From Vicugna vicugna (Eukaryota), in assembly GCA_013265495.1 (NCBI GenBank), contig MU057416.1, positions 1,420,545 to 1,484,544 of the forward strand: DNA of 64,000 nt, in the 5' to 3' direction. Shown piece by piece: positions 25,350 through 35,402 of the stretch. Numbering within the stretch: position 1 is the first letter of the stretch; each line of letters opens with the position of its first letter. The notes under the pieces are model-generated. The model did not search any database. It was not told where the DNA came from and saw nothing but the letters and a program-made list of their open reading frames with translations. Made by a program: the position numbers and the translations under genes.

Positions 25350-26767
25350 TTTTACAAAGACTGAAAAGCTTCTGAGCAGTGAAGTCATGAGTGTAGAAAA
25401 CAAAGTAGAGATTAAATACTGAACATTAAGATAAAAACTATCACACTAATTCTTTAGGAAGTTCTTCAAAGAGGAACAACCTTCAGGAAAAAACCTTGTA
25501 AGTACACCTGGCTCGTAAACTTGACAGCAAAAGTGCCGCTCGGCAGAGCACCGACCATTACAAACGCAGAGCCTCAGCAAGACTACGAGCTCAAACGCCA
25601 AAAAGAAAAGAAAACAAGAAAACAAAAGCGAACGCGTTACACTGCACCATTTTCAACACAGCACATGGGTCGTTAACTTCGTAAATAAACATGGTCACCG
25701 TATCAGAACCAGCTCCCCAGCCAGAAAACCATCCAGTTCATCCCTGGCGCCAACGGCCGCCCCCACCAGCCCCGCCAGGTGTGCGGTGGGATCTGCGAGT
25801 GAAGAGGGCACGGGGGGACCAGGTGGTTTAGATGCGTCCCTCCCCGAGCTGCTCCTGTCACCGAGCCGTCACTGCACACCCTCCTGCTGTCAAAAATGTC
25901 AACCCATCTCCTCGATGGGAGCTCCCCAAAGTAGAATGTTACCTTTATTACCTGATTGGAGATAAAGGTATTTCTAAGCTGTGGGATGTCACAAGGACCT
26001 TTAATCTGCGTCAGGCCACGCACAAGCTGTCTCCTCACACCTTCCTCAGAACAAGCATTATCAAGACGCAGCCTCGGCTCTCCCGACCCCACCCAGCAGC
26101 TGAGTGTGAGTCTGCAGTCTTTGCCTGGTTTTAAACCACGTTCGCGCAGCCTCTCACATGGAACCCCCACAGACGATGCAGTAAACTACTGTGCCGACAA
26201 GCCGTCTCATTAGCATACATCACACTGCACTTAGGCAGGCAGCTACTTCTCATCTGGAAAGAAACAGGAAACTGCCCTGAACACACTACGCAAAATGCCA
26301 CCCAATCAATCCTTCAAGAAAAGACTCAGATTTAACCAGGCAAGTTCAGCTGCCTTAGTTAAACTTGTTTTGGCCACTTCACCAGAAATCTCACCACACC
26401 GCGGTGATGAGATTTCTGGATGGTTTGCAGAGAGAAGGCACAGACACAAAGGTTTCCACTCACAAGAAAATAACTTAAAACTACCACGATAACCATAAAA
26501 TCCACTTAGAAACAGGGTAATGAACCAACCAGAGATTGCACATCAGGGTTAAAGACATTTAAAATGTAAGCATGAACAGCCAGAGAGATGGCCATCCACC
26601 TTCGCTCTGTGGCCACAGCCTCCCAGTGCGGTGAGCGCCAGCTTCAGGCGGCGGCTGAAGGCTCCTGCGCGCACGCTGGGCGCTGAGGTTGCCTCCGCCA
26701 CCTGCGCGTCCACGCCCGGCACCCGCCCCCGCTCACCCCGGCCCGGGCCTGCCCACACAGACGGCGC

Positions 26768-26993
26768 TCAGTCTTCTGCTCCGGGGCCTTGGTTACACGC
26801 GTCCCAAGGTTCCAGCAGATCCGGTCTTTCTTCAGATTCAAAACACAAGAGGAGCGAGGTGGCCAGAGACCCCAAGGCCCCGTGGTCCCCCCGAGCCCTG
26901 CTCCCCGCAGAGCTTCGGGCAGAGGCAGGGCCCCGTGCCTGGACGGCTCTGGCCGAGCTGCAGAGACTCCAGATACAATTCTTGAGAAGGCTC
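26768..26993 (-). CDS. KIF14: KIF14 terminal exon, visible coding part: ...SLLKNCIWSLCSSARAVQARG...SLATSLLLCFESEERPDLLEPWDACNQGPGAED*; acceptor hidden in the N gap
   Basis: LLLCFESEERPDLLEPW matches the recalled KIF14 C-terminal motif; TGA at 26768-26770; 5' end lies in gap 26994-27107. Confidence 0.85.
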
Positions 26994-27107
26994 NNNNNNN
27001 NNNNNNNNNNNNNNNNNNNNNNNNNNNNNNNNNNNNNNNNNNNNNNNNNNNNNNNNNNNNNNNNNNNNNNNNNNNNNNNNNNNNNNNNNNNNNNNNNNNN
27101 NNNNNNN
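26994..27107. other. Assembly gap (N run); other gaps at 3387-3425 and 63433-63524
   Basis: N bases. Confidence 1.
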
Positions 27108-27430
27108 GGAGATCAGCCTTTCCGGTTCTCACCAGGCGTTAGTGCTGTGCCGACCCGAGAGGCACTTAAGCCAAAGCCACCCTCTCCAGACAGCTTCAAG
27201 CTGCTTAAGATTATCCCGTTCGGCTGCTAAGTAAGCAGCCCGGGTTTCAGGCTCTAGTTATTTAGGCCGAGGGGCTTATGTCTATTCAGTGGGGACCCAG
27301 CCACAAGCCCCTACAGGTAATTCATGCCGATGAATTAGGCTTCAGCTGAAGACTCAGACTAGAAATGAAAGGCGTCTGAGACTTAAACTATCACACTGTG
27401 GTGAACTATAAATCCCACTTGGATACGCAC

Positions 27431-27563
27431 CTCTCAGTGCAGAAACAGTCATTTGAATGGTTTGCTCTAAGCCACGTTTTAACTTCAAGAACTCTGGGGC
27501 AAGGTTAACCATCTTCTTCAAGTCTTGGTATTCAGGATTTTCTTCTTGCGTTCTGAAACTCTT
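27431..27563 (-). CDS. KIF14: KIF14 exon ~29: KSFRTQEENPEYQDLKKMVNLAPEFLKLKRGLEQTIQMTVSALR
   Basis: 133 bp, cag (NAGNAG) acceptor, gtgcgt donor. Confidence 0.93.
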
Positions 27564-28326
27564 CTGTGTAAATAGAGTGAATGTTTTAAAAAATGTGTAA
27601 CAGGCTACGTGGCAGTAAGTCTTCATCAGAGCAACTTTAATTGCCAGACTCGGGTCCTTGAGAAAGAGTGCGTCTGACCTCCTCACAGCACTTGACGCTG
27701 CTTCTGCAGGCCAGCCCGAGTTACAGCGTTAACAGCTACTGTTTCCAGAAGAAATTAAACATTTTAATTAATTTAACACAAAGTCCAATCATCCTATTCC
27801 ATGAGAATGAAATACAACAATACCATTTATTATTATCCAATATCATAGAAGGAAAATTTATTTCATTTTTAAGAGCTTAACTTTTTATCTCCCATTCATT
27901 TTAAACATTTTCAAGCCATAGAAATTTCTCTTCTTTTTAATACATTGATTATATACTTGGTTTATATTTTTCTGTTTACTTACGACATGAGAATAAGATA
28001 ATGTCTAATTTTCTGTATCTTAAAACCTTTGAACATATTGATTATTAAACACTATTTTTTAGCCTACACTGACTATTCAAGCAAAGTTCGAGCAGCAGTA
28101 AGACGCAGACAGAATACACACGTGCTGGCCCATCTCTATGCAGTGTGTCGTCATCACTCAGACGTAATCACGACATCCCGGAGAGACGCCTGAGGGACCC
28201 CTGCGCCTGCCCCACTGCACTGCGCGGAGGGGCCGGCGGGCCGCGAGCAGAGCCCCCCCGCCAGAGCCAAGAGCGCAAATACACTAAACAGCACAAAACA
28301 CAGAAGCAGCGTAAAGCTTCTCTTAC

Positions 28327-28401
28327 TGTTTTCCACTCAGCAAAGAGGTGTTCGAGGGATCCGATCAACCCCACGGCACTGGCCTTCATCCGTTTGGTGA
28401 C
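28327..28401 (-). CDS. KIF14: KIF14 exon ~28: VTKRMKASAVGLIGSLEHLFAEWKT
   Basis: 75 bp, tag/gtaaga splice sites. Confidence 0.92.
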
Positions 28402-29795
28402 CTACAGAGAACGGTGAAGCGCGTTACCGCACAAGCACGATGCGGAGCGCACGCGTCGGTCAGCTCCGTGGGCCCTGCCGGGGAGCGGCGTTCTAGTCCA
28501 GAGCGAGCCTGGAGCTCCGTCCCTGAGACTGCGATCGCACAGTGCGAGTGCCTGCTTCACAGAAGCGCAGTTTCCAAGTAAACTGCTCGTTGATTCTGCA
28601 TTAAATACGGAGACCCTCTGCTGTGTGCTACAGCATTGGTAATAGTATTTGCCTATTTAAATATCTATAGGAATGAAACTTCCGAAACCTCCCTTGGAAG
28701 GAGGGGAGATAACTAATACATGAAGCAAAAATTACGCCCTCAGAGCTTTACACACGCATCTTACCAGCCTTACTGAGAAGTAACTGGCGCGTGACACCGT
28801 GTTAGTCTCAGGTGTACAGCACGAAACCTGCCTATTATGAAATAATCACCCGGTGAGTCTGGTTAACGTCCGTCCCCTCATAGTTACAAGATGTTTTCTT
28901 GAGATCAGAGCTTTTAAGACTGACCGTCTCAGCGGCCTTCACATACACCACGCGGTACTGTTAACAGGACACACACGGCAGGCGGTCTGGGAGCCCGGCA
29001 GGCAGCATGCAGACCCTGACTCGGGGCAACCAGGCGGGGTCCCCGGCTCAGCCAGACCACGGGGCGGCAGTGACGCCCACGCTGCAGGGTGCCGAGGGAG
29101 GTCAGCACTGCTCTGCGTAAGGCACCCGCCCAGGGACCCTTGCCAGGAGTTATTTAATAAACAACCAGCCCACAGCCTGTGACACAGGCGTCCTCACTCA
29201 GGACAGGTGAGGAAACAGGGTCAGGACACTGAGTGACTCGGTAAACGACCGCTGGAAGGTGACAGGCAGTTCATACACACAGGTCTTCAATGACAAAATC
29301 CAGCCCGTCCCCAGGGGCCACCTCGGGGACAGCACAGGTTCTCTGCTTTCATGTTAGTTAGCCGGGGGCGCGGGCAGGCGTGTCTAGGAAGTCCCCCACA
29401 GTCTCCTAGGTTCTGCATCTTGACAGGGAACAACTGATGTGAACACCCCTTGTTCAACAGCCCCTTGGATCAACGAATGGTCGTTTCCACTCTCATGTGG
29501 ACAAAGACCAGGAGGAAAAACACAAGCAGAAGGTGGACACGAGGCGTCACTGACACACTCTGTCCTCCTGGATCCCCGCTGACACCAGCCATGGCAGGTC
29601 CAGCAAAGCACTGCCCGGAGAGGCCGCAGCGCTCAGGTGTAACCGGGAAATGTCATTGGCCTTATCAATAAAAAATAATTCAACACAAACTAAACTAGAT
29701 AAATTTATAGAAACCTCATTCGCTGAGTTAAATTATTTTTAAGTCAACCTTAGACACCTCCGGTGCTGAGCACAGCCCTCTCTTGTCCCTCTCAC

Positions 29796-29918
29796 CTCGC
29801 TAGGGGTGTCCTGCCGCAGGAGTTCACGCGCTAACTCTTCTGCTTTTTCTAGTCCAGAATCCAGCAGATGCTCCAGCCCCGAGCCTACGCCATCACAGAG
29901 GGCGTCCATGAAATCATC
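29796..29918 (-). CDS. KIF14: KIF14 exon ~27: DDFMDALCDGVGSGLEHLLDSGLEKAEELARELLRQDTPSE
   Basis: 123 bp, tag/gtgaga splice sites. Confidence 0.93.
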
Positions 29919-30510
29919 CTAGAGAAACGTTCCAAGTGTTAACTGGCAAATTCAAGTTTTATATTTTTAAAAAATTATCAAATAATTAAGTTATATTTTC
30001 TGCTTATTTTAGGACTGTAATACATTCCAAGTTTATTAATTCAACTAACGCTGGAGTAAGAGAACTAACAGTCTATAAAGGGAAAAAGTCAGCAAGCCTG
30101 TGATTTTGCGTCCCACAGATAACATGCTGGAAGGAATGTTTCTCACCACAGGGTGCTGCTGCCGCTGGAACACGGTCACGTTTAATATCACACTATGTTT
30201 GCAGCAGCATGAACAGTTAAAGCAAGCAAACACACATTCTCTAGAATTACATGAGAATGTGATTTCATTCCTCCCGTGTCGGTCGGCTGAGCAAACCCTC
30301 AGAGTACACGGTACCATCAAGTCAAAGACCCCGAAGGTGCGGAGAGGACCCAGACCATCGGGCACGCTCAGCCCACTTAGCCTGTAACAGCTGTGGATCT
30401 TCCTGCAGAACTAGTAAAAGCATGTGCCATTTTGGAAAATGAAAACTCATCCTGTTTAGTGACACCGTTATCGGATGAAGTTTTCACAGCGGCCCGGCCT
30501 GGCTGGCTAC

Positions 30511-30669
30511 CTGGCCCCCAGCCGCCCTCCTGTCGCTGTTCTCTGGAGGGTGCAGCTCGGTTCCTCTGAGGGCTGCCAACTGGCCCACGCACTTCACAGC
30601 TCGGAGCACAGTCTGCGTCACTTGCTTCTGAGCCTCCTTCACCATTGACGAAATGTCTGAGGAGCAGCC
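30511..30669 (-). CDS. KIF14: KIF14 exon ~26: GCSSDISSMVKEAQKQVTQTVLRAVKCVGQLAALRGTELHPPENSDRRAAGGQ
   Basis: 159 bp, cag/gtagcc splice sites. Confidence 0.92.
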
Positions 30670-32131
30670 CTGCAGGACAGAAGGACCAGGGTACCGGACG
30701 CACGCAGTCACGAGGGCGGGCACAGACGAGACCCACCTGGGGAACACGGAGCCTGCTTCAGCGACAGCGACTGCGCGTCACCCAAGTCTGGGCAGAACCA
30801 GGAAACGTGCAACACGACAGCCATGGCAAAAATGACTCAGATACAGGCCCCCAAGACCTTCCACACACAGGAGTTGGGAGGCAAGAAGGCGGTGACCTGA
30901 CAGAGATGGGCCTGCCCGGCGCTCAGTGGGAGAAGGGTGGCCCGAGCTCCTTCCTGGGCCCCCCCGGGTCTGCCCAGTCTGGAGGACGGGGAACAAAGAC
31001 GCTCTGTTACCAGGAAAAAGTGGGGAGGGGTGCCTGAAACATGCAAACTGAAGGTCTCGGGTGCCCCAGAGCAACGGGGCACGTCCCCACTTGTCCCGTC
31101 TGCCAGGCGACACCAGAGCCCTACCCCCTCGAAAGAAGCGGCTGGTATGACTGAGCTCCGCTGCAGGCCCAGCCCAGGGAGGGCTCGTGGTGGGCCCGAG
31201 AAGGCCCGCCCAGGTGTTCTGGAACCTTGTGCTAGGAGGCCTGACTGTTCGTTTTTAAAGGTGAGCCCGACCCCCTTTGGCTTTGGCGTCGGGTCTCCCG
31301 CACACAGGCGTTCTCTCAGGGGAGCCTGGGCCACAGCAGACGACCAGGCCCCCGGGGTCCGCCCCTCCCTCCACAGTGGCCGTCTTTCACTGGTGCCCCG
31401 GCGCACACTGCCCAGAATAGAGACCACCTTCCCAGCGAGCCTGCCGCTTGGTGGGGCTGCGCGGAGGTTCTGGCTGAGACGTGTAAGTGGAAATGTCAAC
31501 GGCAACTTCAGGCACCTCCCTTAAGAGGCCCCGGCGGCCCTGCCCTTGGCCACTGCGTCTGCCACCGTGTGACCTGAGCTCCCACGGAGCCGAGCCACAC
31601 TCCAGGCACAGCGCAGGGACAGGAGGAGCCTGGGCCCTGAGGACTCGGGGAAGCACGACCACCCAGCCGACTCCAGACTCTGCTGAGATGTGAGCTGTGG
31701 TCTGACGTCCCGGCTGCCTGACCTCATCTTACCTGACAGGAGGGAGGGACGACAACAAAGCCCCTTTCCTTGCCTGGGTCTGCAGGCTGGCACCCCTTCA
31801 GCACCAGCGGAACCCAACCCACACGCAGGGCAGGGCTCCCCGTCCTGCCGGCAGCCCTGCTGGGGCTCGGATGGCACGCCCTGGGGCTCGGCCAAACCTG
31901 CCTCACTAGCCGTGCGACCCTGGCCGGGCGCTCAGTGTCCTCCCTGAGGGCGTGGAGACCAGCGCCGGCCGCCGGCTGGGCTGGGGGCTACAGGAGCTAC
32001 CGCGTGCGTCACTAGGGCTGCCCGCGCCCGGGGCGCAGGTCTAGTTCGGGGCAAGACGCGAACAGGAGACAGTTAATAAATACTTCCTGAGCCAACAAAT
32101 TCTTCTAGAGATGCTCAGCAAGTCACTTTAC

Positions 32132-32313
32132 CTGCAGAAATAACTGTAAGCAGCCTCCTAGTCTTTCCACCTCTTGCCTCAGCTCATCCGGCAGAGCCGC
32201 GGCGCTGCCTCCAGGGAGCTCACCCCTCAGCCAGAGCCTCGTCAGCACCACCAGCTGCTCAAAAGCGCTCGCCACCCGGACGGTGAGCGACTGGGTGGCC
32301 CCGTCGGAGAACA
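32132..32313 (-). CDS. KIF14: KIF14 exon ~25: FSDGATQSLTVRVASAFEQLVVLTRLWLRGELPGGSAAALPDELRQEVERLGGCLQLFLQ
   Basis: 182 bp, aag/gtaaag splice sites. Confidence 0.93.
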
Positions 32314-32474
32314 CTTTGAAAGAAGAAGGAGAGTTATTCCAAGAAATAAGCTCCAGATAAGAGAGCTCAACACGCTCGCCATGAGAACACGTGACACGCT
32401 CAGACGAGGCCGGCAGCCGCCCAGGGCGGGGCGCGGCCTTTCCCGGAGGGGGCGTGCGGGCGCAGGCTGCTCAC

Positions 32475-32699
32475 CGTCACACTGACTGTCCTCATCCTGT
32501 TCCTCGTGAGCTTTGGAAATGGCAAGGATGCCCTCGCAGATTCTCAGGAGGTTACTGATCAGGCTGTCTGCCACGGTGTTTTCTTCATCGTAACTGTGGC
32601 CCAGAAGCTCTAAGGATGAACCAATCAACTCTCTGCAAACTCCGGGAAGAGGCGATTCTGCAGAACCAGGGTAAACGGTGCTCGATTTCCCCGCTAAGC
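32475..32699 (-). CDS. KIF14: KIF14 exon ~24: LAGKSSTVYPGSAESPLPGVCRELIGSSLELLGHSYDEENTVADSLISNLLRICEGILAISKAHEEQDEDSQCD
   Basis: 225 bp, cag/gtgagc splice sites. Confidence 0.93.
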
Positions 32700-34896
32700 C
32701 TGTGTCGACAGAAGACAGCCACCTTAAGCCTCGTTTCCAGGGACAACACTTTCAAACAGAGGCGTTAGCACGAGCGATTTGGAAACACGGGCCAGTGGGC
32801 CCACAGCGGGCTGCGCCTCTGCACGCCAGAGGGAAGACACAGTCCCACGGAGGAGGCAGCCCCCTACCAGCGTCCGTCCCTAGCTTGGTAGCTGTGGATA
32901 CAGATAACGGGGAATCCAAATGTCCCACGTAACCACTGGCTTAATCTTCTTCACTCACTCTCTGGTGACACCTAAGGAACTGCGAGCTGTGAAACCCATG
33001 GCAGGAGCATGAAAGAACAGAAACACAATACATACAAGTGAAATAAATGAAATCAACCCACAAGCTGGGCACAAGGGCAGGGACAGCGCAGAGCATGATG
33101 ACAGGGCCGTCCCGGAGGCGCCTCTCGGCCCCAGGCCCTACTCCAGGGACACCACAGCCAGCCAGGCTGCAGCCAAGGGCCCTCCACAGCCAACCCGCCA
33201 TATCTTGGGGAGGCAGACCTCCAGCACGATTTTCTAAGCTCTGTCCAAACCAGAGGCAAGTGGAAGAGCTGGAAGAGCTGGCCTGCGGCCTCTGGAGGCG
33301 GCTTCGTCCCAGAACGCTGCCACGGGAGCACGGGCTCACTCACTGCGCGAGGCGACTACAGGGGCGCACAAGGAGCAACAGACTGAGAAGGACGGAAAAT
33401 GGAGGCACAGGGTGGGGACGAGGAGGAGTCCAGAGCCATGGTGAGAGCTTGATCTGGGCAGAGAAGGAAGAAAGGCTGCCGGGCACCAAGCCCTGTCGCT
33501 CCCGGGGACGCAGCAGCACCACGATGGCAATGACTGTCCTCTCGTCACTGCGGACAGGCAGCTTTCAGCGTCTGTTTGACGAGACAGCTGTGCTGACGCA
33601 CCCTGAAATCCAGCACCCCCACTGCAGAAAGATGTGCAGAAATTCAGCTTCAAAATAGGGCCCCAAAGGTGAGCTGTTCAGACACGTGGTCAACTCTCCA
33701 AAGCTGGGGTGCCCCCAGCACACCCCCCGCCTCCCTTCCCCGACCTCACGGCTGCCCAGGAGGCGCCCACTGAACACCCGCAGCAGGAGGATGGGGTTCC
33801 GGCTCCCTCTGCAGGGACCCACAAGCCAGCAAAGGCCTCTTCTATTTCCGACTTCCCCTCAGTAGCATGACTTTTTTAAAGGGCCCTTAAAAATGAGCCT
33901 TGAGGAGACGGGTTGAGTCGTCTGGAAAAGGTGCCTTCATAAAGCACCTCTCAGACAACACTGAAAAAGGAAGCTGCTCCCACAGACACGCCGCCTTTGA
34001 TTTTGCTGGTGAACAAGAAGCCTATAGCATATTTTGTTTTACCTTAAACGAGTAACAGGATAACAGTGATCCTCCTAAAAGATACTTTGATGATTAAAAA
34101 AACGAAACCCTAGTGCCTTTATTTTAAAGTCAAGACAAGACGCAGTTTCTTTCGCGGCCACTCGTATCGCACGTGCCTTGACCAAGCAGACTGCTTGGTG
34201 GCAACCGTGCAGCCCTGTTCACTAAGGCGTGGGCGACGTTCTGCGACGTGTGCAGACCTCTGGCGCAGGGCTCCCCCAACAGACGCGCATGCCGCGTGAC
34301 CCCCGCCCCTCCAGCAGGCTCCCGCCTGACCAGCCGTGCTTTTCTGAACTGCTCTGGCTTCTGCGTTTTGGCTGTCCTTGAACTTCCTGCGGGCACATTC
34401 ACCCTCTACACGCTCCTCATCATCTAGTTGCTTCACTCAGCATAGTGTTTCTGGGACGCACCTGGGCTGGATCGGCAGCTGGCTCTTTTCTGTTGCTGTG
34501 CGGTAGTCACTGTCACCGGGTGGTGACGTTAACTACTAGAGGTGCTTACACGCGCAGACTCACAGTGCACCCCCTCTTCTCATGAAAATTAACATTATAG
34601 TCAATATTGGCATAAAATAGTTACTCAGTGGAACAGTGCCTTATTTTTCTTTTAAACTTCATTATTAAAGTAACTGTAATGAATGACACCTGCATACTAT
34701 GTAAAATTCAGGAGAAAACAAAGGGTACGCTGTGAAAAGGAAGTCTTCCCTCCTGTCCTGCCCCGCTTCCCCCTCCCGCGGACAACCAGCGCCTCCAGGA
34801 GACGAAGTTACTTGCACAAGGACGTGAAACGAGGCCGTGGCAGAGACAGGGCTGGATGCTTCTCTCAGGGCCCAACAAAACAGGGTGGGAAGGTAC

Positions 34897-34991
34897 CTGA
34901 CGAGCGTGATGGACGGGCGTCCTGGGCTGAGCAGGCCGCGATGTCGAGCAGACAGCCGGAAACCCTTCTGTTCTTCATCAGACTCCTGCTC
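34897..34991 (-). CDS. KIF14: KIF14 exon ~23: SRSLMKNRRVSGCLLDIAACSAQDARPSRSS
   Basis: 95 bp, cag/gtacct splice sites. Confidence 0.9.
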
Positions 34992-35215
34992 CTGGAAGAG
35001 AAGCCGCGAGAGCGGTCACCCGCCAGGTGGGACGGCGCTCGGGACGTGTGCTTCACGTTCTCTGAAGAACACGGATGCCCACACGTGTGTTTCCAGGGAA
35101 ACTCTGTCCTCCAGCGCTAAATCAATTTGCTTCACTGAGTAAGAATCTTACCCCTTACAGGTGTTACTCTAAGCCTACAGTTAACCAGGGGAGTCGGATA
35201 CACATTCACAGAGCA

Positions 35216-35402
35216 CAGCTGGCCCTGAACACCACAGGGCTTGGGGCACTGACCCTCAGCACGGAAATCTGTCTCACGGAGCCAGCCGTCTGCTACCAGG
35301 CTCCTCTGCGCCCGCAGGTCCAACCCCCAGTCCAGTCACCCTGCAGCATTTACGCCTGACAAGGACCCGCAGTTCAAACCCAAGTTGTTCAAGGGTCAGC
35401 GG
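35216..35402. mobile_element. Tigger2a-like TcMar DNA transposon (MITE-sized)
   Basis: Degenerate terminal inverted repeats cagctggccctgaaca / tgttcaagggtcagcgg. Confidence 0.65.

Noticed and set aside
25703..26170. UTR ORF containing PSRRWV, reminiscent of the human KIF14 end (PSRIQWV), as an alternative last exon
   Set aside because: Short match, no stop after WV and no supporting splice path; the likelier homologue of the human tail is directly after the TGA at 26768.
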